Below, piece by piece: positions 1-9,736 of a DNA stretch of 64,000 bases. Each line of letters starts with the position of its first letter. Position 1 is the stretch's first letter. A program made the position numbers and the translations under genes. Source of the stretch: Longimicrobiales bacterium (GTDB taxonomy: Bacteria > Gemmatimonadota > Gemmatimonadetes > Longimicrobiales > Gaopeijiaceae); the NCBI GenBank assembly GCA_965226375.1, contig CBDDCX010000008.1, positions 1,312,001 to 1,376,000 on the forward strand, given 5' to 3'. The notes beneath the pieces are model-generated. The model saw nothing but the letters and a program-made list of their open reading frames with translations, searched no databases and had not been told where the DNA came from.

Positions 1-699
1 CATGCGTTCCAGTTGAAGGCGGAGCACGTTGAGGACGTCGGCCCACTCGATGGCCTCTTCAATGCGCTGGAAGACGGTCACACCAAGGTCGGCAATCCCC
101 ATCGGGAGCAGCGTTCGCGGACCACATACGGCGACCTCGGCTCCGAGCTTGACGAGCCCATAGATGTTGGAGCGAGCCACCCTCGAATGTAGGATGTCAC
201 CGACCATGCAGACCTTGAGTCCCTCTATGCGTCCCAGGTGATCCCGGATGGTCAACATGTCCAGAAGAGCCTGCGTGGGATGCTCGTGGCTCCCGTCACC
301 GGCGTTGATGACCATCGAAGGAATGCGCTCCGCAAGGAACTTGGCCGCCCCGGACGAGCCGTGGCGCATGACCACCATGTCGATCCGCATGGCCTCGAGG
401 TTGCGCGCGGAGTCGACAAGGGTCTCGCCCTTCACGACCGACGAGCCACTCGAAGAGATGTTCACCGTATCGGCGCTCAGGCGCTTTTCCGCGAATTCGA
501 AGGATACGCGTGTACGGGTAGAGGGCTCGAAGAAGAGGTTGACGATCGTCTTTCCGCGCAGGACCGGCACCTTCTTGATGCGTCGTTCGGAGATTTCCTT
601 GAACGGCTCTGCGGCGTCGAGAATCGTCAGGATCTGCTCAGATGTGAGGTGCTCGAGGCCGACCAGGTCCTTTCCGATGGAAGAGGCTGTTCGACTCAT
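1..699 (-). CDS. pyrB: Aspartate carbamoyltransferase catalytic subunit (5' part; runs off the left edge)
   Basis: Manual minus-strand translation from ATG at 699: [18 protein letters not shown]...[27 protein letters not shown]...[21 protein letters not shown]...[12 protein letters not shown]...[13 protein letters not shown]. The start overlaps the pyrR stop (ATGA). Confidence 0.95.
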   Translation of the reverse strand, partial: MSRTASSIGKDLVGLEHLTSEQILTILDAAEPFKEISERRIKKVPVLRGKTIVNLFFEPSTRTRVSFEFAEKRLSADTVNISSSGSSVVKGETLVDSARNLEAMRIDMVVMRHGSSGAAKFLAERIPSMVINAGDGSHEHPTQALLDMLTIRDHLGRIEGLKVCMVGDILHSRVARSNIYGLVKLGAEVAVCGPRTLLPMGIADLGVTVFQRIEEAIEWADVLNVLRLQLERM

Positions 700-1229
700 T
701 GCGCCTCCGTTGGGACCTTCACGATGTCCACCGCGAGCTTGCCGTCGATCTCGGGGACACTCACGTCCACAGTCTGGTCCGGAAGCACGGACACCACCCG
801 CCCCACCACATCCGGCTGAATCGGGATTTCACGTCCGCCTCGATCGATGAGCACGCAGAGAAATACTCGTGAGGGCCGCCCCCAATCCATGAGCTCGTTC
901 AAGGCTGCCCGGATGGTGCGTCCGGTGAAGAGGACGTCGTCCACGAGCACCACCGCGCGTCCGTCTATCCCCCCGGGGGGCAATACGGACTCGCCCACCA
1001 CCGGACGGGGCCCGACCACCATCAAGTCGTCACGGTAGAGGGTGATGTCCAGGGTGCCGAACGGAAGGGCCACACCTTCTGCCCGTTCGATTTCGGTCTG
1101 GATCAGGTGAGCGATCTGGACGCCGCGTCGCTGAATGCCCAGGAGGGCGAGTTCGTTGGGTCCTTCGTTGCGTTCGACGAGCTCACGGGCCATGCGTGCT
1201 ACCGCCCGTCGAAACGCCTGTTCGTCCAT
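696..1229 (-). CDS. pyrR: Bifunctional pyr operon regulator / uracil phosphoribosyltransferase PyrR
   Basis: [52 protein letters not shown] motifs. Start trimmed to the ATG at 1229 within ORF 696..2114. Confidence 0.95.
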   Translation of the reverse strand: MDEQAFRRAVARMARELVERNEGPNELALLGIQRRGVQIAHLIQTEIERAEGVALPFGTLDITLYRDDLMVVGPRPVVGESVLPPGGIDGRAVVLVDDVLFTGRTIRAALNELMDWGRPSRVFLCVLIDRGGREIPIQPDVVGRVVSVLPDQTVDVSVPEIDGKLAVDIVKVPTEAQ

Positions 1230-1443
1230 GATCGAGACGTGCAGTGCAAGCTCCTGTCGTAGACTCGATTCCCCTATGCGACAATCCCCAAAGGCCGATC
1301 CCCGGTGGAGCCGGCCCCCGGGGTTGGTGCTACGCGTCCAGGGCGCCGGAAGGTAGACAAGGTCCCGATGCTTTACAAGGGAACCGCGGCCCGGCATCAT
1401 GAACGCCGTTTGGCCGACCCCAACACCCCCGCAAAGGGCCCTC

Positions 1444-3402
1444 ATGCGTGTGAGCTTTGTCTTCCGTCTCTTCCTGTTCACGATTGCTCTCAGTGCGTTT
1501 TCACCGCAAGTCTCCGTGGCCCAGGAAGTGAGCCAGGCACCCAAGGTGGTCCTCGGCGGAGTGCCGTTCACGCTCGACGTGACCGGCGGAGGAGACGCGT
1601 CGCTCTGGTATGAGGTGCGTGATGCGGGCAACACCCTCATGGGCTCAGGCACCGTTGCCCCCGGAGAGACCGCGACGGTGGCCGATCTGATGGTTCCCGC
1701 ACGGGACGGGCTGCCTTTGACGGTGCTGATCGGCGACACGACACACGAAGTGCGCCCCTCTTTCGCTCCCGGATGGTTCTCGCTCGTTCCGCCCCTGGTC
1801 GCCATCCTGCTCGCTCTGCTCTTCAAGGAGGTCATCACCGCCCTCTTCGCGGGCGTCTGGCTCGGCGCCCTGGCCGTGGCCGGATACAACCCCCTGTCCG
1901 CGCTCTGGCGGACCATCGATACGTATGCGGTGCAGGCCCTCGGAGACGTGGACGGAGGCCACACCCAGATCGTGATCTTCTCGCTGCTCCTGGGGGGACT
2001 GGTCGGGATCGTGGCCCGCAACGGAGGCACACAAGGCATCGTCGACGCCGTGAGCCCCTTTGCGAGCACCAGTCGGCGTGGGAAGATCGCTACGTGGCTG
2101 GCAGGACTTGCCATTTTCTTCGACGACTACGCGAACACGCTCATTGTCGGGAACACCATGCGGCCCATCACGGATCGCTTGAGGATTTCCCGTGAGAAGC
2201 TCGCATATATCGTGGACTCGACCGCCGCGCCCGTGGCGGCGTTGGTCCCCATATCGACCTGGGTGGGCTACGAGATTTCCCTCATCGCCGACGGGATGAG
2301 GATCGCCGCGGCCCAGCCGGGCACGGATCCGGCCCTGGCGGGAACGCTCTCGTCCGTAAGCCCCTTCGCGGTTTTCGTCGCCACGATCCCCTACCTTTTC
2401 TACCCGCTCCTGGCCCTGGCCTTTGTCTTCATCACGTCCATCATGAACCGCGACTTCGGCCCGATGGCCGCGGCGGAAAGACGGGCCGCTCGCGGCGAGG
2501 GCCTACACCGCCCCGGAGCCCAGCTGACGATGGACACGGCCGACACACTCCTGGTACCCGCCGAGGGGGCGGTTCCGCGCTGGTACAACGCAGCCATTCC
2601 CGTGTTCACCGTGATTCTCGTCGTCCTGGGTGGACTCTATACGACGGGGCGTGCCTCCGTCGAAGCAGACGCTTCACTGATGGACATTTTCGGGGCCGCC
2701 GACCCCTTTGCCACCCTTCTGTGGGGATCCTTCGCCGGCTGCTTGATGGCCATCTGCCTCTCGGTCGTCCAACGCATCCTGTCGGTGAAGGAATCCTTGG
2801 ACGCCTGGTTCGCGGGAATCAAGGCCATGATCATCGCGATGATCGTCCTCATTCTGGCGTGGTCCCTTGGGCAGGTCACGAACGACCTCGGGACCGCCCA
2901 GTACCTGGCCATGGCCCTGAGCGACGCCCTTCCCATCGAGGTCGTGCCTGCTCTGGTGTTCCTCACGGCGGCGGCGATGGCCTTCGCGACCGGCACCTCA
3001 TGGGCCACGATGGCCATTCTCCTCCCCCTTGTGATCCCCCTCACCGTGAGTCTGGGTGGTGGCGAGGGCTTCATGGTGGCAGGAGAGTATTCGATTCTGC
3101 TCGGCTCCATCAGTTCGGTACTGGCCGGGGCCATCTTCGGGGACCACTGCTCCCCGATTTCAGATACAACGGTGTTGAGTTCAACAGCGGCCGCTTGCGA
3201 TCACGTCGACCACGTGAAGACCCAGCTTCCCTATGCGCTCCTCGTCGCTGGTCTGGGCATGGTGGTCGGGAATCTGGGAACGGCTCTGGGACTGCCCGTT
3301 TGGATCGCCCTGCTCCTGGGCGTGATCATCTTGGTCGGATTCCTGAAGCTTCTAGGCACTTCCGTGAGTCAGGAGGACATGGCCGCCGGAATGGCGTCGT
3401 AG
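1444..3402 (+). CDS. Na+/H+ antiporter NhaC-family membrane transporter with N-terminal secreted domain
   Basis: IFFDDYAN, REKLAYIVDSTAAP, AFATGTSWATMAI, GAIFGDHCSPISDTT, DHVKTQLPYA motifs; many TM helices; signal-peptide-like N-terminus. Confidence 0.9.
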   Translation: MRVSFVFRLFLFTIALSAFSPQVSVAQEVSQAPKVVLGGVPFTLDVTGGGDASLWYEVRDAGNTLMGSGTVAPGETATVADLMVPARDGLPLTVLIGDTTHEVRPSFAPGWFSLVPPLVAILLALLFKEVITALFAGVWLGALAVAGYNPLSALWRTIDTYAVQALGDVDGGHTQIVIFSLLLGGLVGIVARNGGTQGIVDAVSPFASTSRRGKIATWLAGLAIFFDDYANTLIVGNTMRPITDRLRISREKLAYIVDSTAAPVAALVPISTWVGYEISLIADGMRIAAAQPGTDPALAGTLSSVSPFAVFVATIPYLFYPLLALAFVFITSIMNRDFGPMAAAERRAARGEGLHRPGAQLTMDTADTLLVPAEGAVPRWYNAAIPVFTVILVVLGGLYTTGRASVEADASLMDIFGAADPFATLLWGSFAGCLMAICLSVVQRILSVKESLDAWFAGIKAMIIAMIVLILAWSLGQVTNDLGTAQYLAMALSDALPIEVVPALVFLTAAAMAFATGTSWATMAILLPLVIPLTVSLGGGEGFMVAGEYSILLGSISSVLAGAIFGDHCSPISDTTVLSSTAAACDHVDHVKTQLPYALLVAGLGMVVGNLGTALGLPVWIALLLGVIILVGFLKLLGTSVSQEDMAAGMAS

Positions 3403-3495
3403 CCCGAGGGCTGCGGCCCGCTCATGAATGTCGGACCGAGTGTCCTGTCCCGGAAATACGCCGGCATTCAGGACCGTATTTCTGGGACAGGACAC

Positions 3496-4636
3496 TTAGC
3501 GTCCGAAGCCTGCCTGGCCCACGCGACGCAGGAACGGTACGTCGCCCGCGCCTTCTCCGGAGGCGACCGCCCAGTCGTAGGAAAACAGCATGACGCCTCG
3601 CACGCCCATCGCGCGGGCGATCCCGATCATGTCGAGCGTGCCCTGGTAACTGGCTACGTGGGTCCCCACAGCCGCCCACACGCGCTGTGCGCCTCCGACC
3701 CGCACCGCCTGGTCCATCAAGATCCTGGTACCGTTCGTCGTCAGCCGTGTAGGCCATCGGGGCCACCACGTCGATGATACCGTCACGGATCCATGCACCC
3801 CAGTCCTGATATCTCTGTGTGAAAGAGGTATTCAGGTCCGGGAAGACCGCGGCGGACACCACCACCTGTGGGCGTCGTCGCTTAACGCCCGTATAGATAC
3901 GCTCCACGAGGTCCGTGATCTGCGCCCGCCGGAACTCCGACCACGGTCCGGGCAAGGCTTCGGCATACGCCAGAGGATCGGTCATGAGAGATTCGTCAAG
4001 CTGGGCGCGCCGATCGGGGGACAGCCGCTCTCCCACCCATGAACGGAAGCGGGCCAACGCACACCGCGAGTAGTCGTACTCGCCACTGGGATAACGCACA
4101 TAGTCCAGGTGGATACCGTCGACGTCATAACGATCCACGAGATCCATGATCACCGCGTAGACCCTCTCCTTGACCTCCGGGCTCGACGGACTCGAGTAGA
4201 GACCTTCGACGCGGCTTCGGTTTTCCTCCGCATGGCGTCTCAGACGCTCCAGATACCCGGATTCCTCAGGGCTCATGCCATGCAGATCACCCGCGAGCTC
4301 CCTTGGCACGGCGAGGAGATCCGGCCTCGCGTGCACCAGATGAGCGCGATCGGCGGGAAGACGCGGAGCGTTCACGATCAGATGCACGTTCACCCAGGCA
4401 TGCACTTCGAGCCCCCTCCTGTGCGCCTCCTCGAGGGTCAAGGCCAACGGATCGAACTCGGGCCGCTGACGCAGGGCGTCGGCTACCGAGGTCGATCCTG
4501 CAGGCCCCCTGCCCGGGACCTCTAGAGTCGGGCCTGCGGCCTCGCGTGAACCGGAGGCGTCGCCCGTAGCTCTCACAGAGCCCACCGTTTGGCAGGAACC
4601 ACTCAAGAAGACCGCGACCGCGTAGGCTCGGATCAC
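3496..4636 (-). pseudogene. Disrupted family 10-like glycosyl hydrolase (GHL10/DUF187) lipoprotein
   Basis: FDPLALTLEEAHRRGLEVHAW, YDVDGIHLDYVRYP, VSAAVFP, QDWGAW...PMAY lie in ORF 3422..4675. The natural C-terminus (LMDQAV...GVRGVMLFSYDW) is in another frame (ORF 3496..3798), giving a frameshift near 3725. The N-terminal barrel segment also seems to be missing. Confidence 0.7.
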
Positions 4637-4658
4637 CCGGAGCCCGCTCTTCCGAACC

Positions 4659-5201
4659 CTAGCCCCTTCGAGCACGAAAGAACTCCTTCAGCAACCTCCC
4701 GCAAGCATCGGCCAACACGTCTCCGGTGACCGCGATCCCGTGATTGAGCCGCTCGTCTTGGACCAGGTTGCCGAGGCTCCCCACCATACCGGCCTTCGGA
4801 TCCGGCGCTCCGAACACGAGACGCGGAAGGCGAGACAGAACCAATGCGCCCGCACACATGGCACACGGCTCCAGGGTCACGTAGAGCGTAGCCTCAAGGA
4901 GTCTCCAGTCACCGAGGCGCCGTGCTGCCTCGCGAAGCACGACGACCTCTGCATGTGCGGTGGGATCCTGCGCCGTCACGGTCCGGTTGTGTCCCTCGGC
5001 CAGCAGCCGGCCCTGCCAGGTGAGTACCGCGCCCACCGGCACCTCACCCCGAGAGCCCGCCAGTACAGCCATCTCCAGAGCCCGGGCCATCCACATGGAA
5101 TCGGTGGACTCCGATGGGGTCCAGTCTACCGGGGGGGAAGACGTGGGGGCGCCCAAGGCTAGACTATCGGAACGTGATGTCCAGGGAGAGCCCCCGGACA
5201 C
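4659..5201 (-). CDS. tadA: tRNA adenosine(34) deaminase TadA
   Basis: GEVPVGAV, DPTAHAE, TLYVTLEPCAMCAGAL, DPKAG motifs. Exact start uncertain. Confidence 0.93.
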   Translation of the reverse strand: MSGGSPWTSRSDSLALGAPTSSPPVDWTPSESTDSMWMARALEMAVLAGSRGEVPVGAVLTWQGRLLAEGHNRTVTAQDPTAHAEVVVLREAARRLGDWRLLEATLYVTLEPCAMCAGALVLSRLPRLVFGAPDPKAGMVGSLGNLVQDERLNHGIAVTGDVLADACGRLLKEFFRARRG

Positions 5202-5206
5202 ATCCT

Positions 5207-5890
5207 CTAGTGTGCCGTGCTGCTGACCAGGATGGCGGCACCGTCCATGCGCCGGTACAGTGCCACGACCCGCCCGATAAGTTGCAGCCGCGATGGATCC
5301 TCAACAGCAGTCGCCTGTCCTCCGCCGTGCACAGGTATGAGGAATACGCCGCGTCCGTTTCGCGAGAACTCGTAGAAGGATGGCCCACCGTCGATCCGCG
5401 CAACGACGATCGCTTCCGCCGCTAACTCATCGACGGAGGTGGGCTCCACGAGCAGGTAGTCACCATCGTGAATACCGAGCGAGGCGAATTCTGCTCCGCT
5501 CGCACGAACGAAGAACGACCCCTTCACACCGGCGAGGCGCCGGTCCATGGTCAGGTGCATCTCGGCCTGTTCGATTCGCAGGCCTACCCGATCTTGCGGG
5601 AGTTCATGATAACAGGGAACCGACACGGTCTGAGCGCTCAGGTCCACACCCAGGATCTTCACCCCGCGCGAGCGGGAGGGGTCCCGCTCCAAAAATCCCT
5701 TGTCGGCCAGGGCCTGAAGGTGCTCGGAAACGGTCTTAGTGCTCTTGATCCCAAACCGTTCGCCGATCTCGCGGATGGAGGGCTGATACGTGTTGGTACG
5801 CAGGTAATGCACCATGAAGTCGAGTATTTTGCGCTCGATTTCGGTGATGCCTTGGTCCATCCGTGACGCCGATATTCTTGGATTCGGCAC
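5207..5890 (-). CDS. lexA: LexA-like transcriptional repressor (degenerate peptidase domain)
   Basis: N-terminal wHTH QPSIREIGERFGIKSTKTVSEHLQALADKGFLER..RSRG; S24-like C-terminal domain (GIHDGDYLLV, IVVARI, IGRVVALYR) without catalytic residues. Confidence 0.8.
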   Translation of the reverse strand: MPNPRISASRMDQGITEIERKILDFMVHYLRTNTYQPSIREIGERFGIKSTKTVSEHLQALADKGFLERDPSRSRGVKILGVDLSAQTVSVPCYHELPQDRVGLRIEQAEMHLTMDRRLAGVKGSFFVRASGAEFASLGIHDGDYLLVEPTSVDELAAEAIVVARIDGGPSFYEFSRNGRGVFLIPVHGGGQATAVEDPSRLQLIGRVVALYRRMDGAAILVSSTAH

Positions 5891-5914
5891 TCAACACCCA
5901 CTTACATACAGAAT

Positions 5915-5926
5915 AAACACCTGTTC
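5915..5926. promoter_or_regulatory. SOS-box-like palindrome upstream of lexA (AAAC-ACCT-GTTC)
   Basis: One mismatch to the GAAC-N4-GTTC LexA operator; 25 bp upstream of the lexA GTG start. Confidence 0.5.
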
Positions 5927-6004
5927 CCGCCACCGAAAGGGTCTTGTCGGGGCTGGGATGAGGACATCCTAATGCGCGGCGATCCACCGAGTCAAGGAAG
6001 GGCC

Positions 6005-7471
6005 CTAATCACGTGCGACAGTCGGTGCTTCAGGAGCCTCGAGACGCTCGATGGCCCAATCCAGGCGCGCCAGAACCCGCTCCCTGCCCAAAAAATCGAG
6101 AACTTCGAAAATTCCGGGACTCGCCGGGCGACCCGTAACGGCCACACGGAGGGGATGGATGACCTTGCCCGCCCCAACGGAAGTCTCCTCTGCATAACCC
6201 CGTATGATCTCTTCCATCGCTACTACGTTCCAGGCGCCATCGGCAAGCCTGGACCGTAGGGTTGTCAGCCTTTCCAGGGTCTCCTCCGGTGACTTGAGCC
6301 AGTGTTTCTGGACCGCCTCAGCATCGAAGTCGAGCTCTTCGGTGAGGAACGGACGGGCCAGATCCACGAGATCGGAGACGCGGCGCGCTCGAGTCTTCAG
6401 GAGATCGATAAGGCCCAAATACCAGTCCCAGCGCTCCTGGAGCTCGTCCACAGTCGCCAGCCCCGCAGCTTCCAGCCCCTCCGTAAGGTAGGGCTCCAGC
6501 TCGACGGCAGTACTCGCGTTGAAGTGTTGTCCAGAGAGCCAATCGAGCTTCTTGGGATCGAAGACGGAGCTCTTCTTGAGCACACGGTCCATGGAGAAAC
6601 GATCAACGAGGTCCTCGACGGTCATTATTTCCTGATCATCGCCCGGACTCCAACCCAACAACGCCAGGAAGTTGACCATGGCCTTGGCTAGAAAGCCCTC
6701 TTCCTCGTAATCGCCTACCGCCGTGGCTCCATGGCGCTTGGAGAGTCGCTTGCCGTCCGAGCCGAGTATCATCGGAACATGGCCGAATATGGGGACGGGC
6801 CACCCCATAGCCTCGTAGATCAAGATCTGCTTCGGCGTGTTCGACAGGTGATCGTCTCCGCGGATCACGTGGCTGATGCGTTGCTCCGCATCATCCGACG
6901 CGACAGCGAGATTGTACGTGGGGCTCCCGTCACTACGGAGAATGACCAGGTCGTCTATGTCCTCGTTCTGAAAAGACATCTCCCCGTGAACCATGTCGTC
7001 CCAGACCGTCTCCCCGTCGGGCACACGAAAACGGACGGCATGAGGCACACCGGTCGCCTCGAGTTCTTCGGCCTCGTCCGGCGCCAGAGACTCCGCACGC
7101 CGCCTGGGCACACGCCGGTCGGAGGCACCGCCCTTGGCCGCCTCCCTCTGTTGAGCGAGTTCCTCGGGGGTCGTGAAGTCCCGGTAGGCCTTTCCCGCGC
7201 TCAGTAGGCCCAGAGCATCCCGCCGATGCCGTTCGACGCCGTCGCTCTGATAGTAGGGACCCTCGTCCCAGTCCAGACCCAGCCAGCGGAGGGCGTGGAG
7301 GATGGCCTCGGTATGCTCGGGCTTCGACCGATCCCGATCAGTGTCTTCGATACGCAGGACGAGCGCACCTCCGTGATGCCGGGCGAACAACCAATTGAAC
7401 AGGGCTGTACGGGCGCCACCTACGTGAAGATATCCTGTTGGTGAGGGGGGGAACCTGACTCGTATCGTCAT
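6005..7471 (-). CDS. gltX: Glutamate--tRNA ligase
   Basis: PSPTGYLHVGGARTALFNWLFA, LRIEDTD, HVIRGDDHLSNTPKQ, KRLSKRHGA. Confidence 0.96.
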   Translation of the reverse strand: MTIRVRFPPSPTGYLHVGGARTALFNWLFARHHGGALVLRIEDTDRDRSKPEHTEAILHALRWLGLDWDEGPYYQSDGVERHRRDALGLLSAGKAYRDFTTPEELAQQREAAKGGASDRRVPRRRAESLAPDEAEELEATGVPHAVRFRVPDGETVWDDMVHGEMSFQNEDIDDLVILRSDGSPTYNLAVASDDAEQRISHVIRGDDHLSNTPKQILIYEAMGWPVPIFGHVPMILGSDGKRLSKRHGATAVGDYEEEGFLAKAMVNFLALLGWSPGDDQEIMTVEDLVDRFSMDRVLKKSSVFDPKKLDWLSGQHFNASTAVELEPYLTEGLEAAGLATVDELQERWDWYLGLIDLLKTRARRVSDLVDLARPFLTEELDFDAEAVQKHWLKSPEETLERLTTLRSRLADGAWNVVAMEEIIRGYAEETSVGAGKVIHPLRVAVTGRPASPGIFEVLDFLGRERVLARLDWAIERLEAPEAPTVARD

Positions 7472-7579
7472 ATTATTAAATGATTTACCATAGTTTTTCT
7501 AATGTATATTCTGGTTTTAGCGCCTTCGGCTTCTCCATGTGGAGCCACGCCTCAGAGGGTGCCCCAGAGAGAGCGGTGC

Positions 7580-8818
7580 TCACCCGCTGACGGCGATCCC
7601 TTCCCCGTAGTGGGTCCGTACGTAGTCGTCCAAAATCACCTTGAACTCGTTCACGAGAGCGTCCCCACTGAGCGTGGAGTGGTGCTCTCCGTCCACGTAA
7701 ACGGGGGCTTTGGGCTCCTCGGACGTGCCCGGCAACGAGATTCCCAGGTTGGCGTGCTTCGACTCGCCTGGACCGTTTACCACGCACCCCATAACGGCCA
7801 CGGTCATCTCTTCGACGCCGGGAAAGTCCTCACGCCACCGGGGCATCTGATCTCGGATGTACCCATGGATTTCCTGGGCCATCTCCTGGAAGAACGTGCT
7901 CGTCGTACGACCACACCCCGGGCACGCCGTCACCTGGGGCTCGAAGCTCCGGATCTGGAGCGACTGTAGAATCTGCCGGGCCACCCGAACCTCTTCGGCT
8001 CGGTCACCCCCGGGCTCCGGGGTGAGCGAAACCCGTATGGTGTCCCCTATCCCGTCGATCAAAAGGGGGCCGATGCCGACAGCCGTGGCAACTACACCCT
8101 TGGTCCCCATGCCGGCCTCGGTCAGGCCCAGATGAAGGGGGTAGTCACTCCGGTCCGCAAGAAGACGATACACCTGTATGAGGTCCGGAACCTCGGAGAC
8201 CTTGGCACTGAGAATGATCATATCGTGTGCCATCCCGATCTCCTCCGCGAACTCGGCGGAGCGCATTGCGCTCTCCACCACGGCATCGATCAGCACGTCG
8301 CGCCCGTCCTTCGGATCCGCGAGGCCGGCGTTCGCGTCCATCATCTCGGTGAGGAGGCGCTGATCCAGAGACCCCCAGTTCACGCCGATCCGCACCGGTG
8401 TGTCGTTGGCGATGGCAACTTCGATGATCTTCTGAAAGTTCTTGTCGCGGTGCTTGGTCCCCACGTTTCCCGGATTGATCCGGTACTTGGCCAAGGCCTG
8501 GGCACACGCGGGGTGTGAAGTGAGCAGCAGATGCCCGTTGTAGTGGAAGTCTCCGATAATCGGAACGTCGATGCCATCGGCCATGAGGCGTGCCACAATT
8601 TCGGGCACGGCCGCAGCCACGTCGTCGTTGTTGACCGTGACTCGGACTAGCTCACTGCCGGCCTCGGCCAGCTCCCTGACCTGGATGACGGTCGCCTCGA
8701 TGTCGGCCGTATCGGTATTGGTCATGGACTGCACGACCACCGGGTTCATTTTTCCGACCCGGACACCTCCGATATCGACCTCGACGGATTCCCTACGGTT
8801 CCAGCAGCTCACACGCAT
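7580..8818 (-). CDS. ispG: (E)-4-hydroxy-3-methylbut-2-enyl-diphosphate synthase
   Basis: [59 protein letters not shown]. Start trimmed. Confidence 0.96.
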   Translation of the reverse strand: MRVSCWNRRESVEVDIGGVRVGKMNPVVVQSMTNTDTADIEATVIQVRELAEAGSELVRVTVNNDDVAAAVPEIVARLMADGIDVPIIGDFHYNGHLLLTSHPACAQALAKYRINPGNVGTKHRDKNFQKIIEVAIANDTPVRIGVNWGSLDQRLLTEMMDANAGLADPKDGRDVLIDAVVESAMRSAEFAEEIGMAHDMIILSAKVSEVPDLIQVYRLLADRSDYPLHLGLTEAGMGTKGVVATAVGIGPLLIDGIGDTIRVSLTPEPGGDRAEEVRVARQILQSLQIRSFEPQVTACPGCGRTTSTFFQEMAQEIHGYIRDQMPRWREDFPGVEEMTVAVMGCVVNGPGESKHANLGISLPGTSEEPKAPVYVDGEHHSTLSGDALVNEFKVILDDYVRTHYGEGIAVSG

Positions 8819-8963
8819 CCCACGCTTCGAGAGTGGACGGACCCAGCGGAATCTACCCAACGGCCTCGGGCGCTCCAAGACGAAGCTCGACGACTCACTT
8901 GGAACCCGCGCGGGAAGTGGGGTATGCCCGAGTTCGTTTATAACAGCCAACCCAGGAGGAACT

Positions 8964-9179
8964 TTGTCCGAACCGCGCATCACGATCCGAGAAAACGGAT
9001 CTCTCCGGATAGAAGGGGAAATCCCCCTGTGCGACAGTGACGGGAATGCCGTGACCACGCCGGAGGGTAAGCCGTACTCCTTATGTCGCTGCGGTGGCTC
9101 GAGCAGAAAGCCCTTCTGCGATGGAAGCCATAAGACCAACGGCTTCGACGGATCTTTGGCCGTGCAGGACGACGCATAG
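8964..9179 (+). CDS. CDGSH iron-sulfur domain protein
   Basis: [18 protein letters not shown] motif; AGGAGG RBS just before the TTG at 8964. Confidence 0.9.
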   Translation: MSEPRITIRENGSLRIEGEIPLCDSDGNAVTTPEGKPYSLCRCGGSSRKPFCDGSHKTNGFDGSLAVQDDA

Positions 9180-9243
9180 GAACTGGCTCCTCAAGCCGAC
9201 CCTTTAATGCGGTAGCCGTTCAGATGCAGTAGCGCCTACAAGG

Positions 9244-9525
9244 CTATCGCATCTGATACCAGGCTCGGACGCCATGTCCATCGGGATGTCCCACGTCGGG
9301 GAACAGTTTGCCGTTCTCTACTCGAAACCATGCCCGACCGCTCCTGCCATCGGGATGTCCCGGCGCTGCGTAGACCTTTCCGTCCTTGATGACGAACCAG
9401 GGCTTGAAGCCCACCCGCTTGGGGGGCCCGACATCGGTGAACACCTTGTCGTCCTTTACCCGGAACCACGGCCTGCCACTAATCCCGATAGGGTGAGCGT
9501 GATCCGGATATAAATAGATGGCCAT
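9244..9525 (-). CDS. Small hypothetical protein made of four 23-aa repeats
   Basis: Repeat consensus K-[VL]-[FY]-x-D-x-G-H-P-x-G-x4-[PA]-W-F-x-[VI]-x-[DN]-G occurs four times. Confidence 0.75.
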   Translation of the reverse strand: MAIYLYPDHAHPIGISGRPWFRVKDDKVFTDVGPPKRVGFKPWFVIKDGKVYAAPGHPDGRSGRAWFRVENGKLFPDVGHPDGHGVRAWYQMR

Positions 9526-9736
9526 GGTGACAACTCTCGCCTGGGGACGGAGGAGCACTTCTTAGAATCTCGACGCGCTCTGCCCAAGTTAATGCCTGAC
9601 CCGGCAGTTTGCAGCCGCTAGCGCCTGCAAGAGACCGCCCCCATCATGGGACCTTCGGTCCGCCGCCTGTCACAAGACGAGGGTCCACGCGTATGGGACC
9701 TCAGTCGGATCATGTATCTTCCGGGAGCATTCTTCT

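Noticed and set aside
1230..1440. PyrR-binding attenuator upstream of pyrR
   Set aside because: A GC hairpin (CCCCGG..CCGGGG) is present, but I could not find the conserved PyrR binding-loop motif or a clear U-tract terminator.
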